Origin: Octopus sinensis
Taxonomy: Eukaryota
DNA length: 64,000 bases
NCBI RefSeq assembly: GCF_006345805.1
Contig: NC_042999.1
Span: 158,782,001-158,846,000, forward strand
Reading direction: 5' to 3'
Both the position numbers and the translations under genes were made by a program. The notes below the pieces were generated by a model. That model saw nothing but the letters and a program-made list of their open reading frames with translations, did not search any database and was not told the DNA's origin. Of this stretch, positions 51,933 through 64,000 are shown piece after piece; position 1 is the stretch's first letter; every line of letters begins with the position of its first letter.

Positions 51933-53310
51933 TAAATAAATAAATATATATAAATATATGCATACATATATACATAAACACATAAATACACATTCAGGCA
52001 CACATACATACATACATACATGCATACAAATATATATATATATACACACACACAGACATTTTGCCGTTTATGTATATCTCTTATTATAAAAGGCAGATTT
52101 TATCTGCCTCCCTTTGGGAGTTATACAAATCTACAATATAGGATTTCTTCAATTACAATTTACCTAGCATTTTTAAGAGTAGAATGCATCGCGTCATACC
52201 AGGTCCAGTTTTTAAAATTTAAACTCCAATTAAGCAAAATTTACAGAAAACTCACATTCTGGTGTGTGTGTCAAATGCTTTTCTTAGTCTGGTTTACAGC
52301 ACACGCAAACGCACACACACAGTGTGCAACGAATAAAATGAAAGTAAATAGCGACAGAGTGATTTGAGGAAGACTAAACTGAAAGTATTTAAACCACTAC
52401 TAAAAAAATAAAGAAACACAGCAAACAGAAACAAATAAATACATAACGATTTACTCCTCACACAATTTCTTCAATTAGAGTTTACCTAAGATTTTTCAGA
52501 GTACTTCAGTGGGTGATGCCATAAAAAATTTCTTTCAATTTTACCACCAATTAAGACAAAATTCGAGAAAACTCAATATTTTAACATATCACTCCGAAAG
52601 CATTGATGTACATGTGTGCGTGCGTGAGTGTGTGTGTGTCATTCCTCACACACACGCATACACATACATATACAACTACATACAACTACATACACATACA
52701 ACTACATACACATACAACTACATACAAACACGTGTGTGTTTGTTATTAGTAAAAAAGGCGCCAAATCACAACTCACTTATCATTCCAACACATTTGCAGA
52801 GACACACGGACGGACAGAAAAGGTAAATTGGTTTTTATTTTACTCTGTATATATTTTATTATATAATATTATATATAGATATATGTATATATAATTGCAG
52901 TATGAACCAGTGTTTATGTATAAACAGACGACACTTATATATAGTTATTATAATAAGAGATTAATACATGTATGCATCCGTTTAACCCTTTCGTTACCAA
53001 GCCGCCCGAATTTACCTATTCATATTTAAATGAGAATATCAGAGCAAATCTCTTTAGTACATTCGTGAAAACACGTATTATACTTCGTAAACACTTCAAC
53101 TACAGTTTTGTACAAAAATCGAAGTGTAATTTTAATTCCGTGAATTATGGGAGATTTTTTTCCGAAATTTGTTCCTATTGTGTTTTCAAAATTTGTAATT
53201 CTGACAAAAAATGGATACGAATTTCATTATATCAAGCAGCGAGTCAGAATTCGAAGGATTTTCTACTGAAGACCTTCATAAATCTAACTCTATGACTGAA
53301 AAAAAAAGCA

Positions 53311-53702
53311 TCTTTATATAAGAGTGAAGTTGTGTGTCTGTCTACTACGATTTAGATTCCTAACTACTCCCACATTTTGCGGTGCAGTTTAACCAAAAGC
53401 GGGTATCTTATAGTCGTGATTCATATCGAGCCCTTCTGGGTATTAGCGTGCGTCTACGATGAGTCTACGATTTAAAAAAAAATTACCATCATATTTTTCC
53501 ATTTTAATGCATTTTTTCGCTTTTATATAAGGGAAGTAACTCTCTAAAAACATCTACGATGTGTCAACGATTTAAAAAAAATTTACCTTATTTTTTTTCA
53601 ATTTTTAATGCATTTTTTGGCTATTTTTTGGCTATAACTCTCTAAAAATGCTTATATAGTTATTTCCCTTACAACCCGAGCAACGCCGGGCGATACTGCT
53701 AG
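53311..53702 (+). mobile_element. Non-autonomous Helitron H1, complete
   Basis: A^TC start, hairpin CCCGAGCAACGCCGGG, CTAG^T end. Confidence 0.9.
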
Positions 53703-54062
53703 TATATATATAAACGGCAAAATGTCTGTGTGTGTGTCCTTTATACAAATCCACAATGTTTCAGTTAGAGGGCTCTCACTTTCTATGGTCATCTAAAACC
53801 ATCCAATTGTGGTTGTGCACGTCTTTACATTTCCCCAGTCACCCTACAAAGCCATTAAAAAAATCAATAGAAATGACTTTTTTCTGCATTTTCTATCCGA
53901 AACCCAATCGAAATGCCTGAAACTTGACACGCCAATTGAATGCCAGCTAGCTGTATGTGATTGGCCGGAGATTTGGACAGTACTCGCGTGTATGTGCGCA
54001 CGCACGCAGCTGTATATGCATACACTAGCACTATGACCCGGTTTTGCCGGGTCATAGTGCTA
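53703..54062. mobile_element. Probable second Helitron-like element ending in a perfect 16-bp hairpin
   Basis: TAGCACTATGACCCGG-TTTTG-CCGGGTCATAGTGCTA at 54026-54062. Confidence 0.5.
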
Positions 54063-54064
54063 AT

Positions 54065-54159
<95 letters not shown>

Positions 54160-54178
54160 TAGATAGATAGATAGATAG

Positions 54179-54316
<138 letters not shown>

Positions 54317-54576
54317 TGATAGTTTCGTCAGTCAGCAATCTTGCGAATACTGGAATATAGAGAGCATAGAAAGTTTTCTTTTGAAGAAAGTTTTAATACA
54401 GACTGAAAGTTTGTTTATCTGTTTTAGTTGGAGAGTATAGAGGAAGTCAAAGAATGGAGATTATGGCATTACATTAATCTCCTCATTGCGATTGACTCAA
54501 CAATACAGGGCTTAGACACGATATAGATATAAATGAATGTGTAATATTACTATTACCATATATTGCCAAGGGACGA

Positions 54577-54780
54577 GCTGGCACAATCGTTAGCAGGCCG
54601 GGCAAAATGTTTAGCGTCATTTCGTCTTTCTTTATGTTCTGAGTTCAATTTCCACCGGGGTCAATTTTGCCTTTCATCCATTTGGGCTCGACAAAATAAG
54701 CATTAGCTGAGCACTGGGTCGATGTAATCGATTTAACCCTTCTCCCAGAACCTGCTGGCCTTATGCCAGTATCTTAAATC
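54577..54780 (+). mobile_element. SINE family B, diverged
   Basis: Similar to 55650. Confidence 0.7.
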
Positions 54781-55649
54781 AATATTACAACATATTGCAT
54801 GTGATCGGTGTTCATCTTGTCAGACAAAGTTCAAGAATGTTCTCCTACCATATTTCTCAAAGACATGGCAGAAAACTCACACTCTCTTAATACGCATGTA
54901 AACAACTCTCTCGGTTTTCTTAAGTACTACTATCTATAAGTATCCATGTGTCATTTGTGTTCCTTTTTTTTCATCCTTGTCTGTCAAAATAAATAGGGAT
55001 CGCATGTAATATATTATAATATTACACAAATAGAAGAATCGTTATAGCATCGGATAAACTGTTTTTGATGGTTTTGTACTGTTGAAGCGATTATCAAGAA
55101 GGAATAAATAAAATACGATCATCTCTATTCTTGGACCGTGTACATACATACATACATACAAACATACATACATAGACACATACATACATACATACATACA
55201 TACATACATACATTCACTGAAGGTTACTTAATTGCAATAAAGTATTAAGCAAGCAACCAAATTCGTAATGCTTGTGACCAATTTCAATATATTGCCGGAG
55301 CGTATTATGAATATGTTACGTATGCCCGAAATATACAGTAAAACAAAAATTTAACTTTTTTGTTGCTTTTACTTGTGGTGCGTCTCCTGTTCTTACAATT
55401 AGATTTAATTTCACTCAGTTCAAGCAAATGTAAATCGTATGACATACACCGAGAAATTCTTTTTCTAATTTCTTTCGTATTCTTAAATTTCTCAAGCTAG
55501 TTACATTCATTTGTGTTTATTTATGCATCTCTACACTTTGAACTACTCATTGATAACCATTGGGTTATCCGAATTAAGACAACTTTAATTTTAAAATGTA
55601 CTACTTAGCATATCTATTGATCTGGCTTAATATATATGTAATTGGGAGA

Positions 55650-55878
55650 AGGCGGTGAGCTGGCAGAAACGTTAGCACGCCGGGCGAAATGCGTAGCCGT
55701 ATTTCGTCTGCCGTTACATTCTGAGTTCAAATTCCGCCGAGGTCGACTTTGCCTTTCATTCTTTCGGGGTCGATAAATAAAGTACCAGTTACGCACTAGG
55801 GTCGATGTAATCGACTTAATCCCTTTGTCTGTCCTTGTTTGTCCCCTCTATGTTTAGCCCCTTGTGAGCAGTAAAGAA
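55650..55878 (+). mobile_element. SINE family B
   Basis: GGCGGTGAGCTGGCAGAAACGTTAGC...GAGTTCAAATTCCGCC B-box; tail CCCCTTGTGAGCAGTAAAGAAATA. Confidence 0.87.
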
Positions 55879-57171
55879 ATATATATGTAATTGGCAGATA
55901 CAAACACGTTGTCTTTATATAGAATATCTTAGAGAAAACAATATGCGAACGCAGCAGGTGTAATTACAATTTTGATCCAGGATTTCACCAGCGACTGAAC
56001 TGGCAAGGCAAACACTGTATAAAACTATCGTTAACAAACCTCCAACTAAATAGGGTGGACCGGTTAGCATATATAGATGTTTCTCTTGTTAGTTCAATTA
56101 ATATTTTACTAACTCGATAAACATGATTTTATTTCAAAAGCATAGTGTACTATAGAAAATATAAGTAGCATTTAGCCAAAAGAAAAAGAAATTATTTGGA
56201 CCAGTTTCAATCCCATGCTAGGATTCTGTCAGTCACGGAGTGCTTCCTGTAGTGTCCACAGATATATTGCTTTTAAAATACAATTTCTATATTTCTAATT
56301 GGCTGACATCCATAGATATATTCTATAATACATTAGTGAAACGAGAAAATTTTCACAGATCAGTAAATTACCAATTGAACTAACAGTTACGAACAAATTA
56401 TAACTGCGAATCGTTCTGTTCGAATCACATACGCCTTGAAGCAAGGTCTCAGTGGACATTACATTGGGCACTCATACAGTGAAATCCAATACACGAATGG
56501 AAAGTATCCTGTGTGATATCTCTTTTCTTTCCACGAAGATATTAGATACCAACACAATTTTTTACGAATATTGCTGGTTAAAATCTATAGTTATGTTTAT
56601 TAAAAGGAACATTGTCAAAGCAACTGAAAACGTCTTTGTTAATCATAGAATAATATATTCAATGATGAAAAGAAAAATATAACACCTATTTACCGCTTAA
56701 TTAAAAATTACTGTTTTTATTATTTTCATCCCCAAAATAAAATATATTTATTGCCTTATGTCATTATACAACAAAAATTAGGCAAACAGACGCCTGAACA
56801 TACATGGTCTGTACTTCATTAAAATGGTAAATGGTATGAGTAACATGAATACATTTCCTTATTGTAATATCCGTTGTTTTAAACAAGACGTACTGGATTC
56901 TGTCATTTCAATTACTCATCAAAACGGATGTTTCCAAAAGCACGTTTTCATATGAAATCAAGTAAATGTTCAATTTTAACTACAATCACCATTGTTTAAA
57001 CTCTCATTACTGGAAACAATATGCAATAATCGAATATTGAGCTATCCACAGAGACTATACACACACAGAGCTACAGACACGTGCAGGCATTCATACACGA
57101 TTTCGGACATGCGCACATATAATGCGCGCGCGCACACACAACATATATATGTATATGTATGTATATGTGTT

Positions 57172-57226
<55 letters not shown>

Positions 57227-57227
57227 C

Positions 57228-57684
57228 TAATGTAGGATAACATTTTTTCGAAAAAAATATATCAATGGCCAGCATATTAAAAATACCTTTAAAGGTTAAA
57301 TAATAAACAACTTATAAATAAGGGCAAACGAAAAAATTTCTAATGCCAAATATGCCGAAAATTGGACATATTGTCCATTTACCGTATAATGTTTTTCCCA
57401 AGTACGCACGCTACTCGAAAAAAGGCCGAAAGAAATCTCTAAAAAATTCCATTATTACCATATCGGACCGATTTCAGGGTTAGTTCAAAAAGAACCCTCC
57501 CTTCGTCAGTGATACATGTGGCAAAGAAGTAAATGAGATACTTTCTCATACCCATGGAAGAAGCAAACACTAAGTCATGACTTAGTGTTTGCTCCTTCCA
57601 TGGGTATAATTTAACCTTTAAAGGTATGTTTTAATATGCTGGCCATTGATAGAATTTTTTTCCAAAACATGTTATCCTACATTA
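57228..57684. mobile_element. MITE with about 70-bp TIRs inserted in (TA)n
   Basis: TAATGTAGGATAAC...TGGCCAGCATATTAAAA.TACCTTTAAAGGTTAAA is mirrored at 57610-57684. Confidence 0.85.
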
Positions 57685-57717
57685 TATATATATATATATA
57701 TATATATACACAAACAC

Positions 57718-58376
57718 ATATAAAAGAAATGGAGAAACTTTCAAAATACAAAGACCTGGAAATAGAGGTAACCAGAATGTGGAATCTAAAAACAGAAACA
57801 ATTCCTATCATAATACGTGCATTAGGCATGATTAAAAAATATTCAGACAGATACATAACAAAAACACCAGGACTTACAAACACATATAACATACAGAAAA
57901 TTGCACTACTAGGCACTGCACACATCCTACGCAAAGCACTTTCAAAACAGTAACCATCAGAGCATCACAACAAATCATAGCACATACCCAAGGCACACAG
58001 GGCTGCGCTTGGTAGTGAAGTGAAAGCACGCTATAAAAATAAAATTACTGAATGATAATAATAATAATAATAATAATTGGGTTCTTGGGAACTGTATCAG
58101 AAGGCATCAAGGGGAATATAAAGGAAATTGGAATAAAGTGCTAGCACTTTGAAAATACCATCCCAGCAAGGAAAATAATATGCCCAAAAGGGTGCCCGAT
58201 CATCTGTGTCAGAAGCGGTTACGTTCAGATCAGAACTAAGTCTTGGGGAAAATAAGTTGACGAAAATTCAGCTAGGTTCATGACGAATGTCCTCCTATAA
58301 TTGGAGCGATAAGCGTGCTAATTTGTGGACGTGCATAAATTACATTCACGTACACACACATACACATCATGCCTTT

Positions 58377-58410
<34 letters not shown>

Positions 58411-60020
58411 ATTATATATATATATTATATATATATACATACATATATATATATATATATATACACAGATGCTAATAATAATTGGATGTGGATCCGCCTC
58501 ATATATGGATGTGCTAAAAGTATGCTACAAATGATAAACAGCTGGAAACAGTTACTGCAGACCGTACAGGAATTTACCAAAAAAAATACACATGAAATTT
58601 GGCTTAGAAAGATTTGCCAAAGCAACCTTGAAAAGAGGAAAACTAGTTAAGAGTAGCAACATCACGCTAGATAAAGGAAATGATATAAGACAATTAGACG
58701 AAAGCCAGACATTCAAATACTTAGGAATCAATGAACTATATACGGTACAAGACACACAAATGAAAGAGAAGATAAGAAAAGAATACTATAGACGAGTTAG
58801 ATTAATACTGAAAACAGTTCCCAATGCGAAAAACAAGATAATAGGTGTCAACACTCCACCCGCCCCAGTTATATGTTGTAGCTACAATATTCTTAACTTG
58901 ACTTTAAATGAACTAATCAAAATAGACAGGATAGCAAGAAAAATAATAACAAGATTTAGAAAATCTGAAAGGTTATATGGAAAGGTTATATATACAGCGT
59001 ATCGAATGTGGTAGAGGCCTTATGCAGCTAGAAAGCTATTACAAAATAACTATCATAGGACAACAGAAATACCTACATTAGAAGCAAGGAAAATTAATAC
59101 AAATAGCCACTTTAAGGAAGCTGACAAATACAAAAAAGAAATCATAGTACCTAACAATTATGAAGAAAGAAAAATTCAACAAAAGCAACTGAAATCTGAC
59201 CTGCAACTGAAGCAGCAACGGATTGTGATAAAACGATGACAAGAAAAGCCCCTTCATGGCAAATATCGGGTTGAACTAAATAGAAAAGAAATAGACAAAG
59301 CAAAATCCTAACAATGGCTAGGAAGTACTGGACACAAAGTATACACTGAAGGATTCTTAATTGCAGTGCAATATCAAAGCCTTCCCACCTGAAATTACTA
59401 AAAACATATAATGAAAAAAATACAAGTAACAGCTAAATATGTGGAGATGTACAAGAAACAATAAATCCCATTGTCTCTGGCTGCCTAGCCCTGGCTAAAA
59501 AAGTAATATATTCAAAGATACGACAGAGTTGTAACCTATATACATTGGAAGCTATGCCAACCTATGGAAAAACAAGAGAAAAAAGATGAAATAGGCACAC
59601 GCCAGAAAAGGTCACAGAAAATGAGAAAACAACCATACTCTGGAATATGCGAATACACACAATAGACCACATATGGTTGTCAGAGTTCACCAAGAACAAA
59701 AAGGCTTTCTAATCGATGTATCAATATCAACAGTTGACAATGTTTCTCTAAAAGAAACGGATAAACTTTCAAAATACAAAGATCTGGAAATAAAGGTAAC
59801 TCGAATGTGGAGTTTAAAAACAGAAAGACTTCCTATGAAAGTAGATTCATTAGGTATGATAAAAACATATTCAAACAAATACATAACAAAAACACCAGGA
59901 CTGACAAGACTGACATGCAGAAAATAGCACTAGTAAGCACTGCACACATACTACGTAAAACACTACGGTCGGTAGTGAAGTGAAAGCACGCTATAAAAAT
60001 GAAACTACTAAATAATAATA
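57718..60020 (+). pseudogene. Stack of R4/Dong-like 3' fragments
   Basis: EKLSKYKDLEIEVTRMW.LKTE...LGMIK and QKIALLGTAHILRK seen twice; 58480-59960 has KFGLE..AK, FKYLGI, KEYYRRVRLILK, PLHGKY and EGFLIA.Q; units end in (AAT)n. Confidence 0.85.
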
Positions 60021-60029
60021 ATAAATGCC

Positions 60030-60585
60030 CCGATGCAGTACCAGGCAGTGGCTCTGATAGCTTCTCATCTCAACTGATTCGAAGTGTCATCATGTACAGT
60101 GTTTTGTTTTGGTATAAAAGATGGGCTACAGCAAATATTCTGCTCAATACCACATATTTGCTTGTCAGTTGTTTGACCATAACCAGTTGAGCATGTCCCT
60201 CAGTGGCTGACGATATGTGCATCTCTAACCACGAGCAGAAGGAGTGGGGGAGCATCATAGCCGTGTGTTGAAAGAATTCTTAGAGGTTTGAATAATTCAC
60301 CTTTGGAAACATGGGTGGTTCGTTCAACATCCTTAAACAATCCTTGTTCAGGAACCTTTTGAGCGGGGTGGGTTACTCGACCAGAAGAAAATTCTAACTG
60401 GGCCCCACCTGCAAGATCATGTGCTGTTTATCTTGATATGAGATCACCATGTCGCTCACACATGGTTGTGATGCATGTGCCTAGTCTACCCTTATCAGAC
60501 GGGTAGTCACGATGGGTATATTGGGCTTCGTATATTTTACCCCAATGTCACTTTGATGGCATGCACTGCTCTCTGACTCAACAAC

Positions 60586-60654
<69 letters not shown>

Positions 60655-60655
60655 C
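60030..60655 (+). mobile_element. Non-coding repeat bounded by (AAT)n, possible non-autonomous partner of the R4-like LINE
   Basis: Follows the R4 3' end plus AATAATAAT and ends in a long (AAT)n; no ORF. Confidence 0.45.
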
Positions 60656-60963
60656 CTCTGGCCGGACATACAAGCGATCATCTTTAAAAAATTTTAAAAC
60701 TTGAATATCTACAACTTTCTGTGAAAATTTTACCCTTCTTTTCTCCCTGACTACTCGACTATATAAACATACGTTTTATTGCAACAGCAAATTAAGCGCA
60801 CAGTTAAAATTGAGATAAGTGTCTGCAAATAAATACAAATTGCACAATTACGAAAAAGGTAAACCACAGCAAAACTATAAAAAGAAAAGTAAAATTCAGA
60901 AAATCCCTCCCCCAAATAAATACAAAATTCAACGATGTTTGCAACAGTATATATATATATATA

Positions 60964-61069
<106 letters not shown>

Positions 61070-61410
61070 AATTTAAAAATAAGGATAAAATCTTTATAAG
61101 AAATTATCAGTAGTAAGCGTGAAAAACCTCGTAAGAGAAAAAATCTGCAAATTTTTTCAACTTTGAAAATACTTATTTATATTATATAGAGGGTACTATT
61201 ATTCATAGGTACCGCACGCTAGGAGGTACTTTTGCAGTCAAAACTACTAAAATAAACAAATTGTACCGAATGTAAAACTTCAAAGCTAGTCATTTAAAAA
61301 CAGAATTTAGTTACGTATCACGTGTGATTTCGCAATCAATGCAGAATATTGATTCGCTAGCTTCTGCAAGCATTTTTTTCTCTCCTTGTCTCTTTCCGTG
61401 TTCCTTATCT

Positions 61411-61560
61411 CTTTTACTCTTTTACTCTTTTACTTGTTTCAGTCATTTGACTGCGGCCATGCTGGAGTACCGCCTTTAGTCGAGCAACTCGACCCCGGGA
61501 CTTATTCTTTGTAAGCCCAGTACTTATTCTATCGGTCTCTTTTTTGCCGAACCGCTAAGT
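61411..61560 (-). mobile_element. SINE family A tail inserted into a PLE-terminus-like repeat
   Basis: Reverse complement of the family tail; flanks GTCTCTTTCCGTG / GTATCTTTCTGTTG resemble a TSD. Confidence 0.8.
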
Positions 61561-61565
61561 GTGTA

Positions 61566-61603
61566 TCTTTCTGTTGAAGAGCGTAGGCTCGAAACGTAAA
61601 AGA
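61566..61603 (+). ncRNA. Hammerhead-like fold with U at core position 6
   Basis: UCUUU-CUGUUGA-A-GAGCguagGCUC-GAAACGUA-AAAGA: 5-bp stem I, 4-bp stem II, palindromic ACGU stem III. Confidence 0.55.
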
Positions 61604-61704
61604 CTTGTTTTATTTCTATTCCTGAGCGCCATACTAATACAATTGTTTGTTTGTATTCCACCTGCCTTCGTCTTTTGTTTATTTTCATAAAGCTTCCCGT
61701 TATA

Positions 61705-61728
61705 TATATATATACTTTATTATTATTA

Positions 61729-61791
<63 letters not shown>

Positions 61792-61837
61792 TATTATTAT
61801 TATTATTACTATTATTATTATTATATTATTATTATTA

Positions 61838-61869
<32 letters not shown>

Positions 61870-61877
61870 TATTATTA

Positions 61878-61911
<34 letters not shown>

Positions 61912-61915
61912 TCTA
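61705..61915. repeat. (ATT)n microsatellite
   Basis: Direct reading. Confidence 0.97.
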
Positions 61916-63139
61916 TCAATAATTAAAAAACAGAACAAGGTGAATTAGTTCTTTCCAACGCCAAGGTCAGCGCTCTCATTGATCGTTAGTAGTGGTAAGT
62001 ACATTTGACATCTGCTGATCGCAAGGATGTGATGCTTCTTTTGTCTTCTGATCGCACCTTATTCAATTATTCACTTCCTTCTCACATCACAATCTGCCGA
62101 ACCTACTTACAGACCTGTGAAATTTAGTCTATTCACCAAGCTGCTTCCCTTTCTGCTACTGTCCCCTCTAACCCTCACATATGATTATCTAAAGTACAAG
62201 ACAAAAGTCGAAACTAAACAACAATTAATAATACCACATAGTAGTAGGAGCAAAGATGGTATCACAAGGCGGTTACAATAGGTGAAAGTAGGAGCACTTG
62301 AAATGATCAAAAATGGAACTGAAAATTATTTGAGAACGATCACTGGATTACCATCAATGCAGTAAGGGCAAAAGATTTTCTTAACTGGTACGTCACACGT
62401 ATTGAGAAGAGCTTTGTTACTGTGAATTCCCTTTCCTTTCTCTTGCCCTTTATTTTCTTTGTTTATTTTATATTTTTTATTTTTTCGTTTTTCTCCGTTT
62501 TACTTTCCCTTTTTCACTATAACATGACTTTGTATATGAACAATCTGGTGTAGGTATTTTAATAGCCTACAAATGTATACAGTGCGTTTCTCTGCCCTTG
62601 GTGTCAGGAAGACACTCGGCTAGAAAAAGAAACAGAATTGAAAGAAGATGATAATGAAAATAATGATGATGATAATTAACGAAACCCATAACAAAACCAA
62701 TCGAAAGAGAAATAACGGCGGACTGATAATCACAAATACTATAAAACAATTGATTAACGAGTTACACACACTCACTACTATACAAAAACTCTCCAAAAAT
62801 ATACAAAAACATACCCAACAAAATGAACAAAATCCATATGTGCCATAGATGGCCGATACCATAATATGAACATAGCTTGCGCTGCACAAACAAGACACAA
62901 TATAAAAACTAACAGGTGACTCGAACCAAACCCCATAACAAAACGTACTGATACAATATCTCCCCACCAAAAAACCAAATGCAGCACACACCACCCTTGC
63001 TGCACAAAGGTACAACAAATGATGCATTAAAAAGTTGCTTGAAACTTTCAGAAAAATAGTAGTGGTAATGACGATGGTGACGAAAGTTGCCGTACCTCAG
63101 TTTATGAGAGACAGGAGTTTCCGACAGAACTCTGGTTGT

Positions 63140-64000
63140 AACAATTAAAATGAAGCCGACCTTTAAGGGAAAGCCTCCCGCTCGGCAGCGGTTCAGTAAA
63201 GATGCAGACTGACCACAACAGAGAGAGCAAGAAGGAGGAAATGGTCCAGTTAAGAAAACAGGATAGTGATGCAGTTTTACTAAGAAAGCGAACCTAAAAG
63301 AAAACGGATGTAAACACTTTTGGAAGAGAAGGGTATGATTAAAGTGACTGATCAGAGATTAATTGATCAGACTAATGCTATTAGGAGACGAAGGTGGATG
63401 ACAGAATTGGAGGCAGAAGAGATCACAAGCGAACTGGAAAACAAATACAAGGTAGTGTGAACGGCAAACAACAACATAAGAGATACAGATGAAACTAAAG
63501 AAGAGGCGAAATGAAAAAAATAGCAATAGCGCTAACAATAAGGAAAGAACAACTGGCACCAACGACTTAAGTGATTTAGGTGAGGAAGATCAGAAGATTT
63601 TAGATGAGTTGCATGAATTAATGAGTAAAGAAGAAAGAAAAAGTCTGACAGCATTAAAAGGACCCAACAGAAGGAATGTACAGGAAAGGACTGTGAAAGT
63701 AGATTCTGTTATCAGTAGGATAGATACTAAAAATGATACTAATCTATGCAGGAGGGGTAGTAGTCACCAGAAGATTAGATATCTCACAGGGAATGATTAG
63801 AGAAGAGCAGATGTGGAGAAGAAGACTGCAAACTTTGGGACAATGACAAAAGAGTTGAAAGAGCGTATAATAGCAGTAGCAGGCAAGATCTTCAGATATC
63901 AGAAGAGGAATAAATTGGTATCAACAGAATATATTCTTTGAGACAGACCAGAAGAGACTTTATAACCAAATAAATAGTGAAGAACGAAGTACTGCAGATG
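63140..64000 (+). pseudogene. R4/Dong-like retrotransposon ORF N-terminal part, decayed, running off the window
   Basis: TDQRLIDQTNAIRRRRWMTELEAEEI, KSLTALK and Q.NILFETDQKRLYNQIN motifs. Confidence 0.75.

Noticed and set aside
56385-56520. Open frames YEQIITANRSVRITYALKQG... (+) and MSTETLLQG (-)
   Set aside because: They are short and conflicting in strand, with no supporting neighbouring exon.
62990-63150. HDV-like ribozyme upstream of the R4-like ORF
   Set aside because: It is plausible by family precedent, but no nested double pseudoknot could be assembled by eye.

Overview
This is eukaryotic, AT-rich, repeat-dominated genomic DNA. The tRNA-derived SINE families and dense (TA)n/(CA)n/(TATC)n/(AAT)n microsatellites point to an octopus (coleoid cephalopod) genome; this is inferred, not database-confirmed. 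No complete protein-coding gene, rRNA, tRNA gene or CRISPR array is supportable, and most ORF-track entries are microsatellite artefacts. The window holds four SINE groups, non-autonomous Helitrons, decayed CR1, RTE and R4/Dong-like LINEs, Tc1/mariner remnants and MITEs, and Penelope-like elements (PLEs). The most interesting signal is a set of minimal hammerhead-ribozyme (HHR) folds at PLE-type termini, several inside large fold-back inverted repeats. Two folds share the palindromic GAAACCGGUA motif but have unrelated, self-complementary stem I sequences. All copies deviate from the canonical ribozyme, so activity is unproven. A few small unassigned host-exon candidates exist (best: 32150-32247), plus an RFX X-box match at 43082-43095. 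Element boundaries are read by eye and are approximate.
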